Shown: positions 8,192 to 21,039, counted from the stretch's first letter. The stretch is DNA of 64,000 bases from an uncultured Chloroflexia bacterium (GCA_963797855.1 CAWCQX010000003.1:10642-74641); one strand, 5' to 3'. Notes: generated from the letters alone by a model not told the origin. Numbers and translations are program-made.

Positions 8192-10159
8192 TCAGACGCC
8201 CGACCGGCGAGCTCCACGAACGGATCGAGCGAGGTCGGATCGGCGAGCGAGCCGCGCGAGGCGGCCTCGTCGGCCGGCGTTCCGGTGAGGATCCGCTTCA
8301 CCGGCACTTCGAGCTTCTTGCCGGACAGCGTGCGCGGGATCGCGGGCACGGCGAGGATCTCGTCCGGCACGTGGCGCGGGGACAGCGCCGCATCGCAGCT
8401 CGTCGCCGATGCGCGCGCGCAGCGCATCGGTCAATGCACCCCCGTCACGCAGGGCGACGAACAGGAGCAGCCGGTCGCCGGCGTCGAGATGGACGACGAG
8501 CGAGTCGGCGATCTCGGGCAGGCCCTCGACGACGGCGTAGAACTCGGCCGTCCCGACCCGCACCCCACCGCGGTTGAGCGTCGCGTCGGACCGCCCGCTG
8601 ATGACGCATGAACCGCGCTCGGTGAAGGTGATCCAGTCGCCGTGGCGCCACACGCCGGGGAAGTCGTCGAAGTAGGCCGCGCGGTAGCGCGAGCCGTCGG
8701 GGTCGTTCCAGAACCCGACGGGCATCGACGGCATCGGCCGGGTGATGACGAGCTCTCCCTGCTCGCCGACGATCGGGCGGCCCTCTGGATCGAACGCCTC
8801 GACGGCACAGCCGAGGTGGCGACAGCTGATCTCGCCCTCCCAGACCGGGACGAGCGGAGACGCACCGACGAACGCCGTGCACACGTCGGTGCCGCCGGAG
8901 ACCGACTGGAGATGGACCGATGGGCTGACCGCCTCGTAGACGTAGCGGAACCCCTCCGCCGGCAGCGGCGCGCCGGTCGAGCCGATCCCTCGGAGCCGCG
9001 ACAGGTCGACGAGCTCGCCCGGCTGCAGGCCCTCCTTGCGGCAGGCCATCAGGTACGGCGCCGATGCCCCGAAGTAGGTGACGCCCTCCTCGGCGGCCAG
9101 CTGCCAGAGCGCCCCGAGGTCCGGATGGGCCGGCGACCCGTCGTACAGGACGATGCTCGCGTCGACGGCGAGCCCCGAGACGAGGTAGTTCCACATCATC
9201 CAGCCGGTCGTGCTGAACCAGAAGAACCGATCCGCCGGCCCGAGATCGTGATGCAGCGCATGGATCTTCAGGTGCTCGAGCAGGATGCCGCCGTGCCCGT
9301 GGACGATCGGCTTCGGCAGCCCGGTCGTTCCCGACGAGTAGAGGACGAAGAGCGGGTGATCGAACGGCACCGGCTCGAAGCGCAGGTCGCCCTCGTCCGC
9401 GGCCAGCTCGTCCCAGGTCATCGCGTCGTCGACGCCGGACGCATCGGTCCGGAGGTAGGGGAGGATCACGGTCGCGGCGAGGCTCGGGAGCGCAGCGCGG
9501 ATGGCGGCCACCTCGGCGCCGCGGTCCACCTCGCGCTCCCCGTATCGGTAGCCGTCGACCGCGAGGAGCACCTTCGGCTCGACCTGGCTGAATCGGTCGA
9601 CGACCGATCGCACGCCGAACTCGGGCGCGCAGCTGGTCCAGGTCGCCCCCAGCGAAGCCGTGGCGAGCAGCGCGACGACGGCCTCGGGGACGTTCGGCAG
9701 GTAGCCGGCGACGCGGTCGCCACGGCCGACCCCGAGGCCCTCGAGCCCGGCGCGCACGCGACCGACCTCGGCGCGCAGCTCGTCGGCGGTCAGGGTCATC
9801 CGATCCCGCGTCTGCGAGCGCGCGACGACCACCGTGTCCGACCCGAGACGGCCCGCCAGGCGCAGGCAGTGCTCGGCCCAGTTCAGGTGCGCGGTCGGGA
9901 ACCAGCGCGCGCCGGGCATCGTCTCGTCGGCCAGCGCCGGCCCCGAGTGGGTCTCCGAGGAAACCTCGAAGTGATCCCAGATCGAGCCCCAGAAGGCGTC
10001 GAGGTCGCTGGTCGACCAGCGCAGGAGATCGTCATAGCCGGCGAAGCGGAGCCCGCGCTCGCGCCAGAGCCAGTCGAGGTAGGCGCCGATGCGGGTCGTG
10101 GCCCGCACGTCGGGGTCGGGCGTCCAGAGGATCGGGGGCACTGGCATCCGTTCGATCAT
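8192..10159 (-). pseudogene. Acetoacetyl-CoA synthetase (AMP-forming acyl-CoA ligase); frame broken at ~8392, 3' end ambiguous
   Basis: N-terminus PILWTPDPDVRATTRIGAYLDWL, AMP motif LYSSGTTGLPKPIVHGHGG, GSTGAPLP. After RIGDELR the conserved C-terminus (ALSPRHVPDEILAVPAIPRTLSGKKLEVPVKRIL) continues in the frame of ORF 7753-8427. Confidence 0.85.
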
Positions 10160-10176
10160 GCCAGAAGGCCGAGCGT

Positions 10177-12307
10177 ATGCTCGGACCGATGCTCACGTGG
10201 GCGCTGCCCGCCTTGTTCTCTGCGCTGGTCGCCGGGGGCGCCGCGCTGCCGCCTCCGGGCCCGCTCGCCGTCGTCCACGTGCCCGACGAGCCGGGGGCGA
10301 TCGTCCTGCCCGATGGCGCGCCCACGCTCCAGGCGGTGGCCGCCGACCTCGACGCGGATGGCGCGCCGGAGGTCGTGCGCCTCGTGGCCGGAGACAACGG
10401 AACGGTCTGGATCGAGGCCTGGGTGCAAGGCGGCGAGGGCTGGGTGCTGATGGCGGCTCCGGCGCTGGCCGTGCCGGGACCAGCCGGGCAGGGCGAGGCC
10501 GCCTACGCTCGACGCCCGGCGCGACTGCTCGTCCGGCAGATCGGCGGGCGAGATCGGGTCACGCTCGTGCGCCAGCCGTTGTTCTCCGGGCCGGAGGATG
10601 AGCGCGAGTGCTGCCTCCTCATCGATGACCTCGTCGTCGATCGCAATACGCTCCGCCTCGAGACCGTCGCCGATCCGTCCGATCCCGTCGCCGACGCGGT
10701 GCACGTCATCGATCTCGACGGCGACGGGACCGACGAGCTGCTCGCCTCGTACTTCCTCGCCCCGCTCAACGATGCCAGCAGCCTGACCGAGGCGCGGGTC
10801 TTCCGCTGGGCCGGCGACCACTTCGCGTTGCTGACGACCGGCCGGCTGCCCGTCGGCTCGGGCAGCTCCCCCTTCGTCCTCGGCGACAGCGATGGCGTTC
10901 CGGGCGACGAAGCGGCCTTCATCAGCAGCTCCGCTCTCGACGTGCTGTTCCGGATCCGCCTCGATCACGACACGCTGATCACCGAGGACTCCGGCCTCAT
11001 CGTCGACGACGCGCTGGCGGTGCCGCTGAGCGCCACGAGCCGCGGACTCGCCGTGCTCGCCCCGAGGTTCGGCCTCGCCGTCCTCTCGTGGCCACCTGGC
11101 GGTCAACCCAGCGACCCGATTGCCGCGCAGCCGATCCACAGCGCGCGACTCCTCGGCGTCGTCGACATCGGCGGCGCCCCACGGCTGCTCGTGCACCGCA
11201 CCGATCCGGACGAGCTCGAGATTCGCGCCCTGCCCGACCTGACTCCGACTCTTCCGCGCGGGCCGATCGCCCCGAGCCAATCGGCCGCCACCCTCGGCCG
11301 CGGACCGCTCTTCCCGTATGTCGGTCCGCTGCCCGGAGGCGGACCCCACGGCGCGTTCTCGGCAATCGTCGCCGGCAGCCTCATCCCGGCGCAGGTCCTC
11401 GACGACCCGGCTGCCCCGATCGGTGCGCTGGCGGCCGCCCGGCCGATCGGCCTCGTCGGTCGTGACCGCGCGTGGCTGGCGATCCAGCAGGGTGCCATCG
11501 GCCTGCCTCCGCTCGACCCAACGGGTGGGCGCCTCGACCCGCCCGCCATCCGAGCCGGCGTCGGCCGTGGCGATCGTCCCGATCGACGTGGCGACGAGAC
11601 CGGAGGGAAACGGTGGTGCCTACGATCCCGCGATCCAGGGCGGCGTCGCGCTGGCCGACGGCGTGATCGGTGTCGACCGGGACGGCCTCGTGGCCGATGT
11701 CGTCGCGCCGCCCGGCTCGCGCGTCTACCTGCCGGGCCGAGACGAGCCCGAGAGACCCGAGGTGCTCGTGGTCGGCGATGACGGCGCGCTCGACGTCAGG
11801 ATCGAGGTGCCCGCCGGCGTCACGGCCGACGCGGACGGGGCGGCGACGATGACCGTCGTCACCCCAGCCGGCCACGCCTATACCAGCTCGTGGGACCTGC
11901 GGCTGGTGGACGGGCCCCCGGACATCCGCGCCACGGCCGAGACGACGCTCGGCTCGTCACGAGTGATCGTCGCGGGCCGCGCACCCCCGTACGCGGAGGT
12001 CGAGGTCGCCGGGAAGGTCGTGGCCGTCGACGAGCAGGGTCGGTTCTCGACGAGCGTCGACCTGCCTCCGTGGCCGACCGCGGTCACGGTCAGCGCCCGG
12101 GACCCGATCGGGCACGAGGCGAGCCTCATCGTCAGCGGCATCGGGATCCTCGACTACCGAGGGCTTCCCTGGCTGCCGATCGCGCTCGTCCTCCTTGGTG
12201 GCGTCGCCGTCGCGCTGATCCTGCGTGTCCCGAAGCCACGCTCGGCGCCGCGCTCGATCGGGGACGACGCGGTCCTCGAGGAGATCGATCCGGCCGACCC
12301 GCCCTAG
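10177..12307 (+). pseudogene. Secreted, C-terminally anchored FG-GAP/VCBS-like repeat protein with Ig-like domain; frame broken at ~11550-11575
   Basis: Signal-like N-terminus MLGPMLTWALPALFSALVAGGAA and Ca-binding-like DLDADGAPE and DLDGDGTDE loops. The second frame (ORF 11318-12307) supplies an Ig-like segment (VIVAGRAPPYAEVEVAGKVVAVDEQGRFSTSV) and the TM anchor WLPIALVLLGGVAVALIL. Confidence 0.55.
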
Positions 12308-15266
12308 CCGCCGCGTCGACGCCGCGCCAGGCGCTCGGCCAGCGTCTCGCCGGGATCCGCCGGCGGTTCGACGGCGGGGGCCGGATCGGCGCGCGGGGCC
12401 GGCGTCGGTCGCGGCCTGGATGGCCGGACGCGGGGCCGGCTTCGGCGGCGTGGCCGCTGCCGCGGTCGCCGGCCGTGCATCCGGCACCGGCTCGGGGGCG
12501 GGCGGTCGCTCCGCGCGCTCGGTGCGGCGGTCGCTGCGAGCCTTCGCCGCGCGCAGCTCGGCGAGCCCGGGCACGGCCTCCGGCTCGGGCCGCCCGAGGC
12601 CGACACGGCGACCCACCCAGCCCCGCGCTCGCCGGAGATCGGCTCGGGTGAGCGCCACGCGGCGGACGCCGACGTCGAGCGGGACGAGGACGATCGCCAG
12701 CAGCAGGAGCCACGGCCAGATCGGCGTCGGGAAGGCCCCGGCCGTGATGTCATGCCGCCAGACCTCCGCCCCCGGCTCATCGGCCTCGAGTGGCAGGCGG
12801 CGTCCGTTCCCGGCATCGGCGTAGGCGGCGAGCGCATCGGTGTCGATGCCGAGACGCCGGAACTCGTCGGCGGTCGGGGAGACGATGCCGAGCGTGCGGC
12901 TTGCCGAATCGGTCCCCTCCGGGCTCTCCAGCGTCTGTGCCACGCGCACGAGGTAGGCGCCGGGATCCTCGGCGAGGACGGTGCCGGCATAGCGACCCGG
13001 GCCGACCTGCTCGAGGACCGCCTCCGTCGGCTCGAGGTCGGGCGAGATGAGGCGCATGACCGTGCGGTAGAAGTTGCGCGGGCCGCCCTCGTCGTCGAAC
13101 GAGGTCACCTCGACGTTCAGCTCGCCTCGATCGCCGGGGCTGAAGCGCACGTCGATGCCCTCGGCGTCCTGCGGGGGAAGCGTCCACGCCACGAGCTGCG
13201 CGGTCAGGGTCCCGAACTCGGGCGTCCCGATCCAGGGCGTCGCCCACTGCTGGCGCGCATCGCTCGTCCACGCGACCGCGCGTCCGAGGCCGTACTGCCA
13301 CTGCGCGAGGAGCGGGTCCTCGCGGCCGGTCAGCAGCGAGACCGTCGCGCTGCCCTTGGCCGTCGTGGCGTTGTAGCCGAGGAGCTGCGGCAGCCGGCCG
13401 GCATCGAGCCCGTCGAGGACCTCGGAGCTCGCCGATGGGATCGGCTGGAACGTCTCCTCGACGATCTGCTCGCCGGCGGTGCGGATCGTCTCGCGCAGGA
13501 AGATGTCCGGGATCGTCGTCGCGTCCGCCGCGTCGTAGTAGCGACCACCCGACTCCTCGGCCAGCTGGCGGAGAACCCGAGCCGACCCGCCGCCCGTGCC
13601 GATCGTCGAGAGCGTGATCCCGGCCGCCCGCATGTCGTCCAGCAGCGCGTCGTAGGCGCCGGATGACGACCAGCCGTCGGTGATGAGGACGATGTGCCGA
13701 AGGGTGGCCGGGTTGTTGACGAGGTCGTCGTAGGCCGCCTTCAGGCCGGCGTAGATGTTCGTGTTGCCGTCCGCACGGAAGCCGAGCCCGTTGCCGATGG
13801 CGCCGAAGTCGATCGGCGCGGTTCGGACCGCCCAATGGGCATTGCCGTCGAAGGCGACGACGCCGAGCTGGTCGGTCGGCGCGAGCGCCTCGGCCGCACG
13901 AAGGATCGCCTCCTTGGCGATGTCGACCTTCTCGAAGCCTCGCTGTCCCGATGGGTTGGCCGAGTCCCGGTTGTCGCCGGTGCAGTGGCAGTCGGCCATG
14001 CTCCCGGACTTGTCCACGACCGCCACCATCGCCACGTCCGGGGAGCGCTCACGGTCGCGGACCGTCATGTACACCGGCAGCGCCTCCTCGAGCGGCGTGT
14101 CGAGGTAGCCGCCGGCGCCGTAGCTCTCGCGCCCGCCGAGCATGACCAGGCCCTCGCCCGAGATCGCGAACGTAGGACTGGATCGCGGCCATCGTCGAGG
14201 TTCCGAGGGCGTCGGCGGGCACGTTGTCGAGGACGACGCTGTCGTAGCTGGCCAGGCCCGTGAGCGACGACGGGACGCCGTCCGACGGGACGACCGTCAC
14301 CTCCAGCTCGCCGTCCTCGAGGGACGCGACGAGGTCGGCGGCGCGCTCGGCATCGTCGGTGGCGACGAGGACCTGCGGTGGGCCGGTGACGAGCACGTAG
14401 GCATCGGCGGCGTTGTTCTCGGCGAACCGATCGGTCTCCGGCTCGATGACCGCCCGGAAGACGTGGAAGCCGGGTTCGTCGGCGGTGACGCTGAACGGGA
14501 TCGCGGTGACGCCCGGCTCGAGGTCGAGCTCGCGGGTGGCCACGGTCGCGCCATCGGCCAGCAGGCGAAGGGTGGCTCCGGTCGTGATCGTCGACCGCAG
14601 CCGGACGGTGAGATCGATCGTCTCGCCGACCCGCGCGCCGGGTGGCGCGTCGAGCGCGTCGACCAGCACCTCGGCGGCCGACTCGTCGGCGGGCGTGACG
14701 GCGTCGAGCCGGATGCCCCGGGCGGCCGCGGCGGCGATCGCGTCCTCGGCCTCGCCGGAGGTGTCGTTCCCGTCGGAGAGCAGCACGATCCGCTGCTGCG
14801 TGCCGGCTGGGAAGATCGCGGCCGCCAGGCGCACCGCCGCCCCGACGTCGGTCGCACCGGCCACCGGGGCCGACGCGGGTTCGGACAGCTCGTCGAGCTC
14901 CGACGGCAGGCGATCGACCAGCGCGTTGGCCCCGAAGACGACGACGCCGGCGGTGTCGCCCTCGGGCATGTCGCGAATCGCCGCCCGTGCCCAGTCGACG
15001 AGGTCCTCGCGGGTCGCGTCGAGCATCGATGCCGATGCGTCGAGCAGGAAGACGACGCTCAGCCGATCCGACGGGAGCGCGAGGCGCATCCCCGCCAGCG
15101 AGAGGACCAGGCAGGCCGCGAGCGCGAGGCGAATGACGAGCGAGGCGATCCGGCGTCCGCGCGGCAGGGTCCGAGACGCCGCCAGCCAGCCGACGAGCAC
15201 GATCGCCCCGACCGGCACGGCCAGCCACAGCCAGATCGGGTCGGCGAAGTTCAGCGGCAGGGTCAT
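12304..15266 (-). pseudogene. BatA-like membrane protein with two VWA domains; frame broken at ~14155 and ~12380-12480
   Basis: N-terminal double-TM segment MTLPLNFADPIWLWLAVPVGAIVLVGW. VWA MIDAS motifs LLDASASM and VVDKSGSM. C-terminal TM IWPWLLLLAIVLVPLDV. Pieces are ORFs 14049-15515, 11957-14143 and 12304-12990. ATG overlaps the upstream stop (ATGA, 15263-15266). Confidence 0.75.
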
Positions 15267-17217
15267 CGCGCCCGCCCGCCGAGCGGCTGCGGCCGGCGTC
15301 CGAACGCCCGCGCCAGGGTCCGACGCGTCGGGCGGTGGTAGAGGATCCACTCGACCGCGAGCAGCGCGAGCGCGGCGAGGGCGAGCGGCCACCACCACTC
15401 CGCGCGAGCCGGCTGGCCCGGGGCCGTCGTCGTCGGCCGGCACGCGGCCCATGTCGACGATGCGCTGTGGATCGCCGGGCGCGACGTCGGACTCGTCGGT
15501 GCTGAACAGGTTCACCGCGGTCCGTCCGAGGACCTGGTTCCCGATCGCCGGCGTCGTCGCTGACGGCGCGCACCTCGCGGACGCCCACGGCGTCGGCGCC
15601 GGCCAGGGTGAGCTGTCCGCCGACGACCGGCACCTCGACCGCGGTGCCCGCCCCGTCGGCGCCGGTGGTCACGACGCTGACGCGCTCGATGCCTGGATCG
15701 ACGGCTGCGGTCACCGACGTGCCCAGCGGCATCGACGATGGCAGGATGCCCTCCGCCACCGGCAGGAGGTGGTCGACGAGGTTGCTCATCAGCAGCGGGA
15801 AGGCGACCTGCAGCGGCAGATCGGACTCGCCGAGATCGAAGCCGATGAGCCCGAGCTGCCGCCCGTCCCGCTCGCCGACCGCCACCAGCGGACGACCGGC
15901 TCCGGTGTCGACGACCGATCGCACTCCCTCGGCGAGGGCGACCTCACGCGCACGACCGATGTGGACGGTCGTCAGGTCGACGAATCGCAGGATCGGCTCG
16001 TCCGGATCGGTGCGATCGATGAGCGGACCCTCGATCCTGCCCTCGACCGTCCCGAACTCGCCGTCCGAGGGCGGGTCGATGTACAGCGCGGCACCGGGCG
16101 GGGGCTCGTCGGGGACGAGGCCGTCGAAGACGAAGAGCCCGTAGGGGGTCCCGGCGTCCTCGGCCTCGGCGAGCGCGTCCGCATAGCCTTCGTCGCCGAC
16201 GGCGTAGAGCTCGAGGCGGGGGAGGAGGGCCATCGCGTTCTCGAGGTACGCGTTGCCCTCGCCGACGAGGAGGGCGCGCGTGCGGCCCTGGGCCGGCACG
16301 ATCGCGAACGCCCGATCGTCCGTCGCGAGCGCATCGGAACCGGCGAGTCGAGCCTCGATCGTCGCCGCGCTCGGCGGAACCGTGCTGACCAGCGCCTCCG
16401 AACGCTGGCCGGGCGGAATCGTCAGCTCGCGCGCGTCGACGAGCGCGCCATCGGCGTAGATCTCGAGCCGTCGCGTCGCCTCGACGGTCGACGGGTTGGC
16501 GACGGCCACGAAGACGTCCAGCTGCGCGCCGCCCGATCGGCGCAGGGCCGACAGCGCGGCGACCGACTGGTTCGCATCGGTCTCGCCGACGCGCTCGACG
16601 AGCACGGGCGCCCCGACGCCCACCTCCGGCAGCTCGTCGTCGGACGCGTCGCTGACGACGACGATCGTCGAGTCGGAGTCTCGCGCCGCGAGCGCCGACG
16701 CGAGCGCGAACGCATCGGTCAGGTCGCCCGGGAGCTGGGTGGCCGTGATCCCGTCGATCGCCTCGAGCGCGGCCTCGCGGTCATCGGTCTCGCTGACGAG
16801 GACGTTGGCGGTGTCGGCCGCCGCGATGACCGTCACGCGCCCGCCCTCCGGCAGCCGGCCGACGACGTCCGCGGCTCGCTCGCGCGCCAGCGCCATCCGA
16901 TCCTCGCCGTCGGTACGGGTCGCCATCGACGCGCTGGTGTCGACGATCAGGACGACGTTCGCGGCGAGGTCCGACGTCGTCGCGCTGAACGGGCGCGCCG
17001 CGGCGAGCACGATGAGCGTCGCGATGAGCAGCTGCACGAGCAGCAGCCAGCTGAATCGCAGCCGCTGCCACGGCGCGTTGGCCTCGACGTCGCGGATGAG
17101 CTGCTGCCACAGGAACGTCGAGCCGACGGGGTAGTCGCGCCGGCGCAGCCGCAGCATGTAGAACGCCACGATCACCGGCAGGCTCACGAGGCCGATGAGC
17201 GCGAGCGGCAGGATCAT
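15263..17217 (-). pseudogene. BatA-like VWA-domain membrane protein; frame broken at ~15561 and ~15406
   Basis: Aerotolerance-type N-terminus MILPLALIGLVSLPVIVAFYMLRLRRRDYPVGSTFLWQQL and VWA MIDAS motif IVDTSASM. The C-terminus is recovered in two other frames (VNLFSTDESDVAPGDP, then EWWWPLALAALALLAVEWILYHRP). ATG overlaps the DUF58 stop (ATGA, 17214-17217). Confidence 0.75.
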
Positions 17218-18105
17218 TCCACGACCCTCCGACGCCGCAGGACGTCGAAGAGGAGATCGGCGAGCTCGATGTCCGCGGGGACCTGGACGTACGCCCCGCC
17301 GCGCTTGCTCACGAACGAAGAGATCTCGGCCTGCCACTCGGCGAGTCGCGTGCGGTAGCGCTCGACGAGGTCGTCGTCGCCGGAGACCTCGACGGCGTGG
17401 CCGGTCTCGTTGTCGACCAGGCGCGCGTCGGGCGGCACCTCCGGCTCGATCTCGTCCGGCGCGAGCAGGTGCAGCACGGAGAGCTGGGATCGGGTGCCGG
17501 CCAGGTCGCGCAGCGCGTCGAGGTAGCCGGGGTCCATGAGGTCGCTGATCAGGATGAGCGGGCCGCTGCCGCGCATCCGCGACGCGTAGGCGCGCGCCGC
17601 CGACGCCAGCCCCGTGAGCCGCTCGGTGCGCGGCTCGGAGAGGAATCGGAACAGCTCGAGCGCCCGCCGCTTGCCGCGGAGCGGCCGCATCCCGCTGGAG
17701 GCGCCGTCACCGAGGAACGCGACGCTGACGCGATCCATGCTCGCGAGCCCGAGGTATCCAAGCGCGGCCGCCGCCCGCCGTGGCGGCATCGAGCTTGTTC
17801 GGCTCGCCGTAGTCCATGCTCCGGCTCGCGTCGACGAGGATGTGGACGGTGACGTCCTCCTCCTCGACGAAGAGCTTCACGAAGAGGCGCTCGAGCCTCG
17901 CGTACGCGTTCCAGTCGAGCTGGCGCAGGTCGTCGCCGGCGGTGTAGTTGCGGTAGTCGGCGAACTCGACGCTCTGGCCGCGCCGCACGCTGCGCCGCTC
18001 GCCCTTCATCCGCCCGGCGGTGAGGCGGCGCGAGGCCAGCTCGAGCTGCTCGAGCCGGCGGAGGAAGGCCTCGTCGAAGAACGGTGCGCGCTCGGTGGCG
18101 GTCAT
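17214..18105 (-). pseudogene. DUF58 family protein; frame broken at ~17781 (apparent extra A)
   Basis: GQSVEFADYRNYTAGDDLRQLDWNAYARLERLFVKLFVEEED and ILVDASRSM are DUF58 signatures. The join KLDAA / RRAAAALGYLGLASMDRVSVAFLGDG links ORFs 17707-18105 and 17214-17789. Confidence 0.8.
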
Positions 18106-18121
18106 CGGTCGGGGTCGCTCA

Positions 18122-18143
18122 CGCGTATATACGTATATACGCG
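18122..18143. promoter_or_regulatory. Perfect 22-bp AT-cored palindrome in the only intergenic gap of the operon
   Basis: CGCGTATATACGTATATACGCG is exactly self-complementary. It lies between the MoxR stop (18156) and the DUF58 start (18105). The sequence is certain; the function (operator, internal promoter or RNA hairpin) is unknown. Confidence 0.4.
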
Positions 18144-18155
18144 AGGGCCGCCACG

Positions 18156-19186
<1,031 letters not shown>

Positions 19187-19190
<4 letters not shown>

Positions 19191-21039
19191 TCCGTGGGTT
19201 CCAGGCGCGAGAAGTAGTCGCGGACGAAGTCCTTCAGCGTGATCGGCACCTGCTGGCGATCGAGCGCCGTCTGCGCGTAGTCGTAGAAGAGATTGAAGAC
19301 CGATGCGTACGGCACGACGCTGTCGTTGTCGAAGCCGACCCCCGATCCGGACCCGGTCTGGTCGGTGCCGCCGTTGCCGCCCTGGCCGGCGATGAAGTCC
19401 GGATCGCCGGGCCGCCCGAAGCGGTCGAAGTCGGTGAGGATGCTGCCCTGGTCATCGGTCTGGAAGCCCTGGTTGCCGCGGGTCGGGCCGTCGAAGCTGC
19501 CGGTGCGGAGGCCGCCGCCCGGAATCCGCCGCACGTTCGTTCCGCCGCCGCCACCGAGCTGATTGCCCTGCCCGGGCTGGTTGCCGGGCTGGTTCCCGGG
19601 CTGGTTCCCCGGCTGGTTCCCGGGCTGGTTGCCGGGCTGGTTGCCCGGCTGATTGCCCGGCTGGCTCCCGGGTTGACCGGATGCGCCGGGCTGACCCGAA
19701 GCCCCGGCTGACCCGGCGACCCGGCTGTCCGGATGCTCCGGGCTGGCCCGAAGCGCCGGGCTGCCCCGAAGCGCCGGGCTGTCCGGACGCGCCTGGCTGG
19801 CCCGAAGCGCCCGGCTGGCCGGACGCACTCGGCTGTCCGGCGGTCGGCTGCCCGGCACGAGCGACCTGGCGCGCGCCCTCCTGCAGGGCCGACTGCGCCT
19901 GAGCGACGTCTCGCTGGAGCTGGCGGTCGCGCTCGGACTGGCGGAAGGCGTCGGCGGCGCGCTCCAGGGCCTCCTGCGCCGCCCGCTGATCCTCCTCGGA
20001 GCCGGACCGCGCGGCCGCGTCGAGCGCGTCGGCCGCCTCGGCCAGCGCCTGGGCGACCTGCGGCTGAGACGCGGCCCCGGCCTGGGCCGCCTGGCGCAGC
20101 TCGGCGGCGCGCGCGAGCGCATCCTCGCGGTCGAGCTCGGGAGTCCGATCGGCGAGCTCGTCGAGGTCGTTGGCGGCCTGCTCCGGGTCGCCCTCGTCGT
20201 TGGCCTCCTCGTCGCCGGTCGCGGCCCGGGACGTCGAGCGCGCCAGCTGGGTGAGGCCGGCGTCTCGCTCGGCGGCCTGGGGATCGGTCATCCGGGACAG
20301 CTCCTCCTGCACCGATCCGATGCGCGCCAGCGTCGCCTCGCGGTCGGCGCCCTGCTCGCGCAGCTGCCGGGCGAGCTCGCGGAGCTGGCGCTCGAGCTCC
20401 TCGCGCCGCGGGTCCGGGTTCTCGACGTTCTTCTCGCCGACCTCGTCGGCGACGTCCTCGACGCGCTCGGCGACCCGTTCCGCCGCCTCGCGTGCGGCGC
20501 GGCGCTGGGCGACCACGTCGTCCTGCGGGTTCGGCCACGCGACGAGGAGCAGGGTCATCGCCAGTCCGATGCCGACGACCGCGAGCGGCCGCCGGGCCAG
20601 CCGCGGCCGGAACGCCCGACGCAGATCGACCGCGTTCAGGCGGGCGCGAGCGTCGTCGAGCTGACGGACCTCGAGCGGATCATCGGCCTCGTGGCCGGCC
20701 AACTCGAGGGCCGTTCCCAGCCGCTGGCGAAGGGCGAGCTCCTCGTCCGCCCGTCTGGCGGCCTCGACGAGCGACGGGCGCGAGCGAATGACCATGACCG
20801 CCCATGCCAGCGCCCCGACCCCGACGACGCCGATCTGGACGTACGGCGCGAACTCGAATGGAAAGCGCGCGGGACAGCAGCTGGACGAGCGCGACGCAGA
20901 GGACGGTCGCGGCGAGCACCAGGATCCCGGCGCGGACGGCGCGACGCCACCACAGCCGGCGACGGAGGCTGCGCAGCCGGCCGATGGCATCGGGGCCGAG
21001 GCGACGCGCGACCGCCTCGCTGACGGTTCGGTCGCTCAC
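19187..21039 (-). pseudogene. Two-TM, coiled-coil, Gly/Gln/Pro/Asn repeat protein of unknown function; frame broken at ~20865 and twice at ~19700-19725
   Basis: GTG 21039 overlaps the permease stop (GTGA). N-terminus VSDRTVSEAVARRLG... with TM segments AGILVLAATVLCVALVQLL and YVQIGVVGVGALAWAVMVI. A long acidic/Arg-rich helical region follows, then GQPGAS and NQPG repeats and a C-terminus VVPYASVFNLFYDYAQTALDRQQVPITLKDFVRDYFSRLEPTE. Confidence 0.55.
19562..19852 (-). repeat. In-gene tandem repeats: ~9 x 12 bp (NQPG) followed by ~8 x 18 bp (GQPGAS)
   Basis: Plus-strand units GGCTGGTT(G/C)CC(G/C)G at ~19566-19675, and GGCTG(N)CC(C/G)GA(A/C)GCGCC-type units at ~19676-19852, read directly from the sequence. 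Confidence 0.9.

Noticed and set aside
14413-17358. 981-aa plus-strand ORF, and the Arg-rich C-terminal ~580 aa of the 1090-aa minus ORF 14065-17337
   Set aside because: The plus ORF is antisense to the two BatA/VWA genes. The tail of the 1090-aa ORF is out-of-frame read-through across the downstream VWA gene. Both are low-complexity Arg/Pro/Ser strings with no domain signatures.
19562-19852. Tandem repeats as a possible CRISPR-like or non-coding array
   Set aside because: The units are 12 and 18 bp with no spacers. They are contiguous and translate in frame into GQPGAS/NQPG peptide repeats inside a gene.
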